A stretch of DNA of 59,908 nucleotides from a virus (IMGVR_UViG_3300033141_003139:1-59908), one strand, 5' to 3'; positions 46,003 through 56,173 are shown, numbered from the stretch's first letter. The notes: generated from the letters alone by a model not told the origin. Numbers and translations are program-made.

Positions 46003-47341
46003 AGGCTTGCCCAAACAAGTGGAATTCATGCGGGCTGCCGAAGTTACCGACTCGAAGTATGTAGCCTATATCGGTGGCTTTGGCAGCGGTAAAACGCAGG
46101 TGCTATGTATGCGCCTGCTTCAATCATGCCTGGAGTGGCCAGGCGGAACATTCGTTGTAGGAACGCAAGGTGAAAATCTCCTTAAGCTGACGGTCATACC
46201 CACCTGGAACCAAGTATGTCCTACCTGGATGTGGACGAGGCCTCCCCTTATGGGCAAGCTCATCACGTATTTTCTCAAGGGTGGTGTTACTGTTTATTTT
46301 GTTACTTATTCCGACTACCAGAAAATTCGTGGCTGGAACATGGATGGCTTCTTTGTCGATGAAGCATCGGAAATATCTGAAGAAGCCTTCAAAATGCTGC
46401 AAGCCCGCATCAGGGACATCAAGGGAGCAAAACGACGTAAACGTGGTTATATCGTTGGCAACCCCAATGGGCACGATTGGGTCTGGCAGTATTTCCAGGA
46501 CAAGGGGCATCTCCACAAGCCTGAAGATTATTACTTTATCAACGCTCCGACGCAGGAAAACACCTTTCTGGAAGATGATTATGCAGAGGGGTTGATCGAC
46601 AGCTATGGTGGGCCTGATTCACTGTATGCGCGGCGTTACGTCTTCGGTGAGTCATGTGTTTTTGAAGGAACCGTGTGGCCTGGTTTTGATGACACACTGC
46701 ATGTTGTCAAAGGCAAGGGACTGAGGGCTTCCATCATCAAGAAAATAACGCATAATAGCAATTGGCGCATGATAGCAGGCATTGATTTTGGCTGGGTACA
46801 TCCTTTTGTTTACCTGCAAATAGCTGTGTCGCCGGATAAAAGGTATTATGTTATCGGTGAGCATTATGCTAATCGCACGCCACTTGAACATCATGCTGAA
46901 GCCATCCGAGAAATAGACAAAGGTATCAAGTGCAAAATAATACGTTACCATGACCATGATGCTCAGGACGCAGAAGAACTCAAGTACCACGGCATTGGTA
47001 ACCTGTTACCAGCTAAAAAGGATCGCAAGGTAGCAGGAGTGGCTTACGTTGAAAGGTTGTTTCGTGATACAACGCCAAAGGGCCCGCGGATAACCATCGA
47101 CGGAGATGCTTGCCCGAACCTTGTTCACGAGATACCACACTGGGTTTATAATGAGAAAACAGGCGAGCCTGAAACTCTCAAGGAAGATGCGTGTTCAGCC
47201 CTATGGTATGCCTTGTACAGCGAGGGTGGTTGGCTGGCACGTGGAGGCAAGGTAATAGCTGGTACTTACAGGCCAATTCTTGGTACAAGGGGCGAGTTGG
47301 GAAGATCCCTGGACGAAGTTTATGCTAATATACTGACGTGA
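45971..47341 (+). CDS. terL: Terminase large subunit
   Basis: GGFGSGKT, FFVDEAS, GNPNGHDW, GIDFGW.HP, C-terminal DACSALWY. Confidence 0.93.
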   Translation: MTTSKNTIKVKGLPKQVEFMRAAEVTDSKYVAYIGGFGSGKTQVLCMRLLQSCLEWPGGTFVVGTQGENLLKLTVIPTWNQVCPTWMWTRPPLMGKLITYFLKGGVTVYFVTYSDYQKIRGWNMDGFFVDEASEISEEAFKMLQARIRDIKGAKRRKRGYIVGNPNGHDWVWQYFQDKGHLHKPEDYYFINAPTQENTFLEDDYAEGLIDSYGGPDSLYARRYVFGESCVFEGTVWPGFDDTLHVVKGKGLRASIIKKITHNSNWRMIAGIDFGWVHPFVYLQIAVSPDKRYYVIGEHYANRTPLEHHAEAIREIDKGIKCKIIRYHDHDAQDAEELKYHGIGNLLPAKKDRKVAGVAYVERLFRDTTPKGPRITIDGDACPNLVHEIPHWVYNEKTGEPETLKEDACSALWYALYSEGGWLARGGKVIAGTYRPILGTRGELGRSLDEVYANILT

Positions 47342-47385
47342 TTTGTGTGCTGGCATACATGCGTACTCATGCAGGGAAAAATATC

Positions 47386-47414
47386 TTGCTCCTTGCATGA
47401 AACATTGATACAAT
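47386..47414 (+). promoter_or_regulatory. Sigma70-like promoter upstream of the portal gene
   Basis: TTGCTC-17nt-TACAAT with extended TG. Confidence 0.55.
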
Positions 47415-47435
47415 GGCACACAAAGGAGTTATGAA

Positions 47436-48875
47436 ATGCCGGTTTTACTACGGACACATGGCGGCGAAGACGGCAAGATGGACCCGCGCACTGCACGTGC
47501 CATGAACATGCGGGTTCTTGAGGAGCGTTATGCTGGGATCGATAGACTATTTTCTACCTACATGATGGGCATTGTTGCTGATCCTGACTTTGCGAAGCGT
47601 AAAGACCCCAGGATTTATCAGCGTATGCTACGTGATCCAGTCATATATTCAGCGCTTCTCGTCAGGCAATTAACTACGGCAGCGTTACCATGGGACGTTG
47701 AGTCCGTTGATGAAAGTGAAGAAGCAAACCAGCTGGCACTTGGTTACAAGCAGCGTCTCTCACAGTGCCGCAGGCTCAGTGAAACGTTTCAGAACATGCT
47801 TGAGGCCATACTCTACGGCTTGTCTGTCATCGAGTTGATGTGGAAATATACTAAGATCGGATACGTCGTAGAAAGAACTTACCCTGTAATGAAGGATCGC
47901 TTTACGTTCACAGTCAACGGGGAGTTGCGCCTTAAAACGCCAAGTTATCCTATCCGTGGAGTATCTCTTCCCTTTGGTAAGTTCATCCCGCATACACATG
48001 ATATACAAGATGCCAGCTTCGACAAGCCGGATGATGCTGGCTATTGTTTTTACGGGATGGGACTGGCAGATCGACTTTACCATATCTTCTACTTCAAGAT
48101 GACAGCGATACGTATGTGGCTGAAGTTTCTTGAAAGGCATGGTTCGCCTTTTAAGATAGCGTATGTACGTGAAGGCGGTACTGCATACGACAGCATGAAA
48201 GAAATCCTACTGGCATTACAGAACGATACCTCGATTGCTATCCCTGGAATGAAAGGCGAAGACGTAGAAATAGAAACAAGCCGGAGCGGTGGTGGTGGAG
48301 CCATGACGTTCGCCGGTTTTGTCAGCGACTATTGTGATGAGTTGATTACACGGGCGATCCTCGGCCAGACGATGGTAACATCAGTACCCAAGGTGGGAAG
48401 CTATGCTTTGGGTCAGGTACAAGAATCGGTCCTCTCTCGTATCGTCAACTTTGATAAGAGCGGTATCGAAGACACATGGAACTATTATCATGTATCGTAC
48501 GACATGAGGTTTAATGTACCTAATGCTCCTGAAGAGTTGTATCCAAAGTTGACGTTCAGGTACAGGGAACCTCTCGACGTTGAGATGTACTTGAGAGTTG
48601 CCGACGGGGTTCGCAGCATGGGCTTACCCATTTCCGAGCAGGACGTTCGTGAAGCTACTGGGTTCCGTACGCCGACGAAAGGCGAAGCGATTATAGCACC
48701 GATAATGCCGGAGCTGATGGGCGAAGGACCTCCAGAAACGTTAGCAAAAGAACCTGATACCAAGGAGGAAAAAGACAAGCAGAATGAAGAGGTTTCCAAG
48801 CGTATGTTGAACTTGCAGAAAGTAATACGTTATGCACTGGAGTCCCAGCATCCCAGAGTACCTGTGTTTAGATGA
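47436..48875 (+). CDS. Portal protein (Mu gp29/DUF935-like)
   Basis: MLEAILYGLSVIEL, WLKFLERHGSP, ITRAILGQTM, GSYALGQV. Confidence 0.9.
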   Translation: MPVLLRTHGGEDGKMDPRTARAMNMRVLEERYAGIDRLFSTYMMGIVADPDFAKRKDPRIYQRMLRDPVIYSALLVRQLTTAALPWDVESVDESEEANQLALGYKQRLSQCRRLSETFQNMLEAILYGLSVIELMWKYTKIGYVVERTYPVMKDRFTFTVNGELRLKTPSYPIRGVSLPFGKFIPHTHDIQDASFDKPDDAGYCFYGMGLADRLYHIFYFKMTAIRMWLKFLERHGSPFKIAYVREGGTAYDSMKEILLALQNDTSIAIPGMKGEDVEIETSRSGGGGAMTFAGFVSDYCDELITRAILGQTMVTSVPKVGSYALGQVQESVLSRIVNFDKSGIEDTWNYYHVSYDMRFNVPNAPEELYPKLTFRYREPLDVEMYLRVADGVRSMGLPISEQDVREATGFRTPTKGEAIIAPIMPELMGEGPPETLAKEPDTKEEKDKQNEEVSKRMLNLQKVIRYALESQHPRVPVFR

Positions 48876-48891
48876 TTACAAGGGAGAAAGT

Positions 48892-50244
48892 ATGTTTGTA
48901 AAGAATAAGTTGTTTGGAACTGAGCCGTGTATAATACATGCTAATGGTGGTAAACACCTGGACGATCCTACCTGGGATACTATCCTGGCCAGTTACTTTG
49001 GACAAGTCGGCGAGCTGAAAGATGGACTGGACCCATCTATTGCTGTTATTCTATGTAACAGCAAGAAAGAAAAAGGGCTAACCGAATTGTCACTTGACCG
49101 CCTGGGTATCAAGTACATGGTACTCGGTAGGGGTGTACCTGGCTGGATTAACTTGAACAAGATACCGCTTACCAGGGAAGCATTGGCTGCATTGAGTGTA
49201 TGTCCAGGCATCAAGTATGTGCTAGCATTAGATGCTCATGACGTAGTAGTGTTGCCAGGCATAGTAAACATCCTGGACGTTTGGGAAGAGCAAGGCAGCC
49301 CGAAGATGTTATTTCAAGCGGAACGAAATCCCTATCCTCCATGCACCGAACTACGGAAACATGAAGAGAAAATAACACCTCCAGGAACGCCTTACCGATA
49401 CTTGAACTCCGGTGTCTGGTTCGGAGAAATCGGTTATACAAGGGAATTCTTTGAAAAAGCCTTGAGAACCAAGCCTATCCCTGGTTTCTTACAGAGTGAC
49501 CAGGGAATTTACAGGCAGTTACGACTTGAAGACCAGTTCAACGTCAACATAGACCATTTTTGTACTATGTCACAGAGTATTTACTTGGTACCCAATGGTG
49601 AGTTGGAGTGCCATAGTACCAGGCACGATGATGCTACTTCGATAATACTTGGTGGCCACCCTGAAATACCGATGCTGCCTATTACCAGGGAGGCCCTGTT
49701 GGAGTTGTTGCCGGAGGGAGGTGATACAGTAGAAATAGGCGTTGAAAGAGGAGTGTTCTCAGATGAAATACTAAGGCGTAATAAGCCTAAGAGTTTGCTG
49801 CTTATTGATTCATGGCAGGAAAGTAATTACAACTTTGTGATTGGTAAATACAAGGACAATGCCAAGGTAACAGTACATCGTGGCGATTCAGTCGAGTCAG
49901 CTGGTGTTTTTGCAGGCAAGCAGTTTGACTGGGTTATGGTTGATGCTAATCACCTGGAAGACCGCGTATACAACGATATTAACGCCTGGCTCCCACTGGT
50001 AAAAAACGGTGGATACATGTTATGCCATGACTATACACGCTACGGTTTGTATGGAGTGATTGAGGCTGTAGACAGGGTACTATCTGAAAACGATTGCCTT
50101 GAGCCAATAGGTAATACTATTGACACGTTCGCTACGATTGTCATGAGAAAGGTTATACCTGGTACCAAGGTAGAACCATGTTCAATCAGGGAGAAATTAA
50201 ATGAGCAAACCAACGCTGACAATGGCTGTTTTGAACTGGAATAG
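48892..50244 (+). CDS. PLOD-like glycosyltransferase fused to a class I SAM methyltransferase
   Basis: LDAHDVV, FQAERNPYP, YLNSG, SDQ; then VEIGVERG, VMVDANH, GGYMLCHDY. Confidence 0.8.
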   Translation: MFVKNKLFGTEPCIIHANGGKHLDDPTWDTILASYFGQVGELKDGLDPSIAVILCNSKKEKGLTELSLDRLGIKYMVLGRGVPGWINLNKIPLTREALAALSVCPGIKYVLALDAHDVVVLPGIVNILDVWEEQGSPKMLFQAERNPYPPCTELRKHEEKITPPGTPYRYLNSGVWFGEIGYTREFFEKALRTKPIPGFLQSDQGIYRQLRLEDQFNVNIDHFCTMSQSIYLVPNGELECHSTRHDDATSIILGGHPEIPMLPITREALLELLPEGGDTVEIGVERGVFSDEILRRNKPKSLLLIDSWQESNYNFVIGKYKDNAKVTVHRGDSVESAGVFAGKQFDWVMVDANHLEDRVYNDINAWLPLVKNGGYMLCHDYTRYGLYGVIEAVDRVLSENDCLEPIGNTIDTFATIVMRKVIPGTKVEPCSIREKLNEQTNADNGCFELE

Positions 50245-50896
50245 GCCTAAGCAGATAGACTTCGTATTGTCTACGCTGGAACAGCAAACGCTAAAGCCTG
50301 TTATTTTTGTATGGAATAACGGACAACCAAGACTATTTCCTACTGCTGACTGGGTTGTCCAGTCGAATCAGAACATAGCGTGTGTCGCCAGCTGGATGAT
50401 GCTGACACGAGCGGAAACAGACTATATTGGAACCATTGGGGATGACGTACTTGTATGTGATACCCAGGTACTGGAACATGCCGTTGATTTTCTCAGCAGG
50501 CAGGATGATCCAGATATGATAGTAGGAGCAGCCGGTGTCAGGTTAAAAGCAGGTAAGACCTATGGAGATTCTGATCATATTCATTGTTGTAGTAATTTTG
50601 GCTTTGTCAAGGGAGAAATGGCCGCTCCAGTTGACGTTGTTAAGGGATGGTTCAGTATCATGCGGCGTGATGTATTAGCCAAGGTGCCGCGCATGATAGA
50701 TAGAGGCTTCATCGAAGATGACATTTTTGTGAGCGGGCATGCTGCTCGTGGTGAAAAAGGCAAGCATAGGGTACTGGGAATGTTACGTGGCCGATGCAAA
50801 GATCTTTTTGATACAAGTGATGTTGCTCTTTGTAGTCGAAAAGATCATTTGTTACGTCGGGAATTGGCCCGTCGTAAATATTGTTTTGGTTTGTAG
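50201..50896 (+). CDS. GT-A (GT2-like) glycosyltransferase
   Basis: LNWNRP, VWNNG, GDD, EDDI. Confidence 0.7.
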   Translation: MSKPTLTMAVLNWNRPKQIDFVLSTLEQQTLKPVIFVWNNGQPRLFPTADWVVQSNQNIACVASWMMLTRAETDYIGTIGDDVLVCDTQVLEHAVDFLSRQDDPDMIVGAAGVRLKAGKTYGDSDHIHCCSNFGFVKGEMAAPVDVVKGWFSIMRRDVLAKVPRMIDRGFIEDDIFVSGHAARGEKGKHRVLGMLRGRCKDLFDTSDVALCSRKDHLLRRELARRKYCFGL

Positions 50897-50916
50897 TTGA
50901 AAAAAGGGAGAAGATA

Positions 50917-51792
50917 ATGAGTAAAGCACAAGAAGACGAAGGTCGTATTGACAGCGTTGAACTCGTAGAACCAGAAAGCAATTTCGGCGAGCAAGCCTCA
51001 ATCGAAACGCAAGAAATACACCTGGGCGAAAAAGTCATACCTGGAATTGCACCTGACAAATGCGGGCCTGTAATGATTGGGTATGGTTGGCATAGGGGTG
51101 TTAATGGAGAGTTCCCCTGGTTCTATAGCAACTGGCTGGAGTTTCTGCAACGGCAAGGTTTCACGATTGCACGAGCCAGGGTAAACGGTACCTACCTGGC
51201 CGATGGCAGGAATTCGCTTGCTATGGCAGCGAGACGAGCAGGTGTCAAGTGGCTCTGCATGGTAGATGATGACATGCTTGCTCCTGATAATATATTGTAC
51301 CGGTTGCTTACACTTGCCAGCTCACACGAGATACCCGTGCTGGGTACTAATTACGTTAGTCACAGCCAGTTCGGTCCTAAGCCTGTTACCCAAATCGTCG
51401 AGGGAGAATTTGCGAGTGAAGCTCAATGCAGGATTGAGATTGCGAAAGCTCGCAAGGGAGAGTTGTCCAAGGTTTACTCTATTGGCACTGGTATTACTGT
51501 TTTCAATATTGAAGCGTTGACGGCTTTGAATGAGTACTCCAGCAATGAAACTGGATGGTTCGATGAGTATCCAGGGATAGGTGAGGATTTATCCTTTTGT
51601 AAACGTTGTCATAAGGCTGGCCTGGACATATACTGTGACTTTGGCTTGCCATTAGATGTAATGCATGCTGGTACTTACTTTTACAGCATGGCTGACTACA
51701 TGGGGTATCCTCCGATGTGGAAGCGTACGAAGCAGATGGTACCAGAATACTTGCGGGACTTAAGGTTGCGAGGGGTGTTAGCTAAGGACTAG
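50917..51792 (+). CDS. GT-A glycosyltransferase
   Basis: RNSLA, MVDDDM, GTG, GEDLSFCKR, H.G. Confidence 0.75.
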   Translation: MSKAQEDEGRIDSVELVEPESNFGEQASIETQEIHLGEKVIPGIAPDKCGPVMIGYGWHRGVNGEFPWFYSNWLEFLQRQGFTIARARVNGTYLADGRNSLAMAARRAGVKWLCMVDDDMLAPDNILYRLLTLASSHEIPVLGTNYVSHSQFGPKPVTQIVEGEFASEAQCRIEIAKARKGELSKVYSIGTGITVFNIEALTALNEYSSNETGWFDEYPGIGEDLSFCKRCHKAGLDIYCDFGLPLDVMHAGTYFYSMADYMGYPPMWKRTKQMVPEYLRDLRLRGVLAKD

Positions 51793-51796
51793 TGGG

Positions 51797-54055
51797 ATGG
51801 AATGGCTGGAACGTTACGCTAAAAGGCCGAAGGTCTTACCGGAGTTGTATCCACCAAGGACCAAGAGAGAAGTACAGCGAGCCACCAAAGCTGTTGAGAG
51901 AATGGGCGGCAAGTCAGCAGCTTGGGCTCTCAAGGTGGGGTTGCCAAGACCAGATGTCTTTGGTGAAGCCAAGCTTCCTGATGTCCCATTTAAACTTCGC
52001 CCAAGGGTGGGGCATGTTCTCAGGCATGGTGTTGGAGTCAGGACGCCTGGGTTGAGGCACTTACAGTGGACAGAGGAATACTTGCCTCCGCTCAAGCTGA
52101 AAGGCCTGAAACGTGGAGTTTTCTTGAAGCTTAGGAGGTTGGTTACTGAGGGGCAGGCGAAAGCTAAGGCTGGCAGCCTTGCTCAGAGAGTGTTAGCTAG
52201 GCTGGCGTTTGGGTTTAGAAGGCCTCTGCCTGAAGATATTCCATTGATGAAGTCGATACGCCGTCAAATGGAGAAGCGTGCTGGATACTCGTTGCAACGA
52301 TATGCAAGACGCCGTGCATTAGTTAAAGTTGTAGCCGCCCTTAAAAGGCAAGGCGTGCGTAGAATAAAAATTGCTAAAGGAAAGCGTCGGGCTGGAGGAT
52401 TTATACCTATAATAGACAAGATAGTGATAACTGATCCTGGTACAATGGACCCAGAATCTATCATCGCTATGAGACCGGTCGTGGGCCATGAACTAACACA
52501 TAGATGGCTTAAGAGAATAGGAGATCCTAGATGGGCAATAGACCCATATTTGGAGCCACCTGAAGAGATTAAAGAAGAAGTAGCCAAGGTTGCTAAGTGG
52601 GGCTGGCCTAAGGTTAATAGATTGAAAGAAGGAAGGTTTAAGCGTTTTTTAGCTAGTGCTTTGCATAGGTTATATCCTTCTAAGGCTGACATAGCGTTTC
52701 ACAAATCTGTTCGCAGGCAAATGCAACGTCGGGCTTTCAAGAAACCCTATTCCATGCTGGATGCTTACAATGAATTGATGCAATATAAGTATGGTAGACC
52801 ACTTCCAAAAGACTTTTATAAACAAAAGCGTTACGTGCGTACACTTGATAAAGAACTAAGACAACACAAGGTGCCACGGCAACAGCGTTTACAATGGTTG
52901 AGTCGTGTGTATGGTGGTAAGGGCGGCCTTATCTCAGAAGAAATTGAGCTTGCACTGAAAGGACGTTACCCAGCAAAGCAAGTCTTTATTATGCCCTACG
53001 TGAAGAAGGCCCCCCGTGAAATGAACGTGCTATTACAAAAGGCTTACAAACGTCGCCGAGAACAGGGCCTTAATCGAACGGCTGCTGCCAGCCAGGCATG
53101 GAGAGAAGTAAAAAAGGCAGGTTGGAAGCGTGATGCATCTGGAAGGTGGACCCATCCACGGAAACCTGCTGTAACGCCGTCGGACATATACCCATTTATA
53201 AGTAACGCTCCGAGTGAGGTCAACAGAATTGTCGAGCATGTATACAGGGACATGCGTCGTCGAGGACATAGCAAGGTAGTAGCCGGTATGCAGGCGTGGC
53301 GCAGCGTAAGAGCACATGGCTATCGTAAGATCAACAACGAGTGGAAGAAGCGGGCGAAACCAGTCGAGACGATTACCAAGCGTGGGTACCCACTATATCC
53401 ACTTGCTTACTCAGATGCTGGATGGCTTGAACACTATGCTACTATAGTAAGTAAGCGTAAGCAAAAAGATTCTAAGCTTAGACGTTTTGGTAGAGGGTAT
53501 CTTGGTATGGCAGTTGGTACTGGAATGGTCACCGTTCCAGCTATGGCTGCTTCTGCTATCTCTGCTGGTAGCCTTAAAAATGTTATTGCCAGCGTGAGAG
53601 GTGGCGGTCCAGTATACCAACCACTTACCCATAGAATCTCGTTGGGGGGTTTTAGATTTAAGTCCAAAGCTCGGAGGCGCGCCTTTCTTGCCCACGAACT
53701 AGGACATAAAAAGGTATTTAGTAAATTAGCTAAGACAGCGAGGGGTAGACTTGCTTGGGAACTTGCTTCTTCTAAAGGTCCAAAAGTTCTTGGGAATATA
53801 GCCATGTTAGGCATGCTGTTTCATCCAAGGCTTAGAGAGCATGCTTGGAAAGCTCCGCTAATAGGTCATGTTCCTGCTCTGGCTCATGAGGCAGCAGCCA
53901 CAGCTATAGCTATTAAAAGGGTTGGACCTAGAGCGTTGGGTACTTTAGCACCAGCATTTATAACACATGCTGCTGAACCTGCTGCTTTGGCTGCGGGGGC
54001 TAAGCTTGCTGCTAAGTGGTCGAGGAAAAAGAAAGCTCGTGGTAAAGATAAATAA
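51797..54055 (+). CDS. Basic polyvalent protein with two HExxH modules and two ChaB-like modules
   Basis: GHELTH and AHELGH..HEAAA; AWREVKKAGWKRDASGRW and AWRSVRAHGYRKINNEW. Confidence 0.7.
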   Translation: MEWLERYAKRPKVLPELYPPRTKREVQRATKAVERMGGKSAAWALKVGLPRPDVFGEAKLPDVPFKLRPRVGHVLRHGVGVRTPGLRHLQWTEEYLPPLKLKGLKRGVFLKLRRLVTEGQAKAKAGSLAQRVLARLAFGFRRPLPEDIPLMKSIRRQMEKRAGYSLQRYARRRALVKVVAALKRQGVRRIKIAKGKRRAGGFIPIIDKIVITDPGTMDPESIIAMRPVVGHELTHRWLKRIGDPRWAIDPYLEPPEEIKEEVAKVAKWGWPKVNRLKEGRFKRFLASALHRLYPSKADIAFHKSVRRQMQRRAFKKPYSMLDAYNELMQYKYGRPLPKDFYKQKRYVRTLDKELRQHKVPRQQRLQWLSRVYGGKGGLISEEIELALKGRYPAKQVFIMPYVKKAPREMNVLLQKAYKRRREQGLNRTAAASQAWREVKKAGWKRDASGRWTHPRKPAVTPSDIYPFISNAPSEVNRIVEHVYRDMRRRGHSKVVAGMQAWRSVRAHGYRKINNEWKKRAKPVETITKRGYPLYPLAYSDAGWLEHYATIVSKRKQKDSKLRRFGRGYLGMAVGTGMVTVPAMAASAISAGSLKNVIASVRGGGPVYQPLTHRISLGGFRFKSKARRRAFLAHELGHKKVFSKLAKTARGRLAWELASSKGPKVLGNIAMLGMLFHPRLREHAWKAPLIGHVPALAHEAAATAIAIKRVGPRALGTLAPAFITHAAEPAALAAGAKLAAKWSRKKKARGKDK

Positions 54056-54058
54056 TAG

Positions 54059-54087
54059 TTGACCTTTACCATATATTTTGGTATCAT
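54059..54087 (+). promoter_or_regulatory. Sigma70-like promoter
   Basis: TTGACC-17nt-TATCAT with extended TG. Confidence 0.65.
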
Positions 54088-54100
54088 TCAGGTATAGATA

Positions 54101-54289
54101 ATGCGACGTTTGCCTGAGAAATGGTTAAAATGCTTGAAGTGTGGCAGGATGATTTTTACTGATAAGAATCATCGCTTTTGTGCCAAGTGTAAAATAAAGA
54201 ATGCTATGCTTAGGAAACATAATAAAGTAACTACGGTCAGGGCTGTAATACCTGAATCCTATAGTGATACTTTTGACGAGGAAGAATAG
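54101..54289 (+). CDS. Small zinc-finger protein
   Basis: CLKC...HRFCAKC. Confidence 0.6.
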   Translation: MRRLPEKWLKCLKCGRMIFTDKNHRFCAKCKIKNAMLRKHNKVTTVRAVIPESYSDTFDEEE

Positions 54290-55158
54290 TGATGTGGCCA
54301 GCCAAGCAAGATTATTTATGGGACAACAGAGTTCTTAGAGGTAAACCTAAGATGAAATACTCACGTGTAGAAGCAATCCTGCAATATCCTCCTCCATCCT
54401 GGAAAGATGAGCCTGCTGAACGTAAACGCCAGTGGGAACATGTCTATCATGCTATGCTGAAGAAAGGCCTTTCCAAAGAACGAGCAGCTAAAGCGGCCAG
54501 CTCAGCAGCAAGTGAGAATTATTCATGGCGTGAAACAGCACAGCTTGCCAAAGCTGCCTGGCATGAGGGCCTTGTCCCTGGCAGCAAAATTCTAGGGGCA
54601 CGGATAAAAAAGGTTTGGGGTAAGAAGCATTTACCATTAAGAACGAGAATAAGAGGTATATGGGCGGCTCCAGCTAGAATACAAAGTAGTGCTGGTCGCG
54701 CTCTCAAGAAAGCCGGCGGGTATCACCAGGCCATGCAGGAAGCCATAAAAGAAAAAAGCCTTTTAGGTGAGGCTATAACTGCTCCTTTGTTTGTTGAAGC
54801 AGAACGAAAAGCCAAGGCTAAAGTAGGAGGGGCTGTAATTGGAAGGGCTGCTCAAGCGGCTATTATAGGCGCTCCTATTATTGCTGCTGGCTCTATGCTG
54901 GGTCGGAAAGTCCCTCCAGCATTCGGTAAAGGTGGTTGGGTTACACGTAAGAAAAAAGTAACACCTCTTGATGAGCTTCGTGACGGACGTGGGAGCGGCA
55001 AAGGTATGCCTGGTGGCTTGCGTCGTAATAGAAATACAAAGGCATGTACGATTGGTGGCCCAGGCTATGGGAAAGGAGCAGGCCGTGGCCTGGGAACAGG
55101 TCGTAAATATACTTTGCTGGGCGATCCTACTCCGATTACTACTTATCAGGAGATATAA
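54289..55158 (+). CDS. Basic modular protein with a ChaB-like segment and Gly-rich tail
   Basis: PAERKRQWEHVYHAMLKKGLSKERAAKAA; GSGKGMPGG..GPGYGKGAGRGLG. Confidence 0.65.
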   Translation: MMWPAKQDYLWDNRVLRGKPKMKYSRVEAILQYPPPSWKDEPAERKRQWEHVYHAMLKKGLSKERAAKAASSAASENYSWRETAQLAKAAWHEGLVPGSKILGARIKKVWGKKHLPLRTRIRGIWAAPARIQSSAGRALKKAGGYHQAMQEAIKEKSLLGEAITAPLFVEAERKAKAKVGGAVIGRAAQAAIIGAPIIAAGSMLGRKVPPAFGKGGWVTRKKKVTPLDELRDGRGSGKGMPGGLRRNRNTKACTIGGPGYGKGAGRGLGTGRKYTLLGDPTPITTYQEI

Positions 55159-55161
55159 ATC

Positions 55162-55956
55162 ATGTGTATTCCAGTTCGTTACCTGTCATTAAGCCTGGTA
55201 CTTGTTCTAACGGCTTGTCATGGCAAGTCTACAATGATAGAAGAGCGTACTGATGAAACGCACGCTCAAGTAGCTGACCTTGCTGCTCAGCTTGCCCAGA
55301 AGGCTTACGTCGGCGAACCAGTCGGAGAGCCACTAGTTGCTTCAACTGAAGCTCTTAGTACCTTCGCAGGGATTCCAAGCGAGCGATTGGATCCAGCAGA
55401 TGACCACACCGAAGTATATGCAGAGTTGATTAGGCTCAAGGATGAACGAGACAAGTTGCGAACGATGGAAAAAGCGAAAGCACGAGCTTCGGAAACAGAA
55501 CTAATCACTGCTCGCAAACAAATTGCTGCGTTTCAAGAGATAGCAAAGCTACGTCCAATAGTAACAGTAGTTTGGTATGCAATCTTCGGTCTCATTGGTA
55601 TCCTTGGAGCACTTATCACTGTTTACCAGGTCGGCGTGCGTTATGGAATAGGAAAATCCGTGAGAGGATTGATACTAGGGATTGGAACGGGAATTGCCAC
55701 GCTTGTAACAGGTACAGCCTGGTATTTCTGGGGACGGACTGTTATAATGTGGGGTATTGCTGCTGTAATTGTAAGTCTTGTTGTACTTGCAATACGTTAT
55801 TACCTTCGCACGGAAGCATTTGCTGAGCTTGTCAAGAAGGTGCAGGACGCCCGTATTGATGATGCTGGTTTCAAGGCGGCCTTCAAGAAGAAAATAGAAT
55901 TAACAGGTAGAGCAGCAACAGAAGTAAATCGCTTGAAAACCAGCATGAAAATATGA
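55162..55956 (+). CDS. Lipoprotein with a coiled coil and three TM helices (lysis candidate)
   Basis: Lipobox LTAC at residues 16-19; three C-terminal hydrophobic helices. Confidence 0.6.
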   Translation: MCIPVRYLSLSLVLVLTACHGKSTMIEERTDETHAQVADLAAQLAQKAYVGEPVGEPLVASTEALSTFAGIPSERLDPADDHTEVYAELIRLKDERDKLRTMEKAKARASETELITARKQIAAFQEIAKLRPIVTVVWYAIFGLIGILGALITVYQVGVRYGIGKSVRGLILGIGTGIATLVTGTAWYFWGRTVIMWGIAAVIVSLVVLAIRYYLRTEAFAELVKKVQDARIDDAGFKAAFKKKIELTGRAATEVNRLKTSMKI

Positions 55957-55966
55957 GGACCAGTCA

Positions 55967-56173
55967 ATGACGGAGAAGTTGAATGGGGCAGCGAAGTGGG
56001 TTGGGATGATCCTGGTACTGATACTGGCAGCCTTGGGTAGTGCTTATGGATATGGCCAACTAGCTCATCGAGTGAAGACAAATGAAGATGAAATCAGGGC
56101 TTTGAAGCCGCTTGTAAGCGAGATCCATGCGACGGTAATACGCATAGAAGAGCGGATGAAAAAAGGACCTTAG
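55967..56173 (+). CDS. Small TM plus coiled-coil protein (holin-like)
   Basis: One TM helix; C-terminal VIRIEERM. Confidence 0.5.
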   Translation: MTEKLNGAAKWVGMILVLILAALGSAYGYGQLAHRVKTNEDEIRALKPLVSEIHATVIRIEERMKKGP

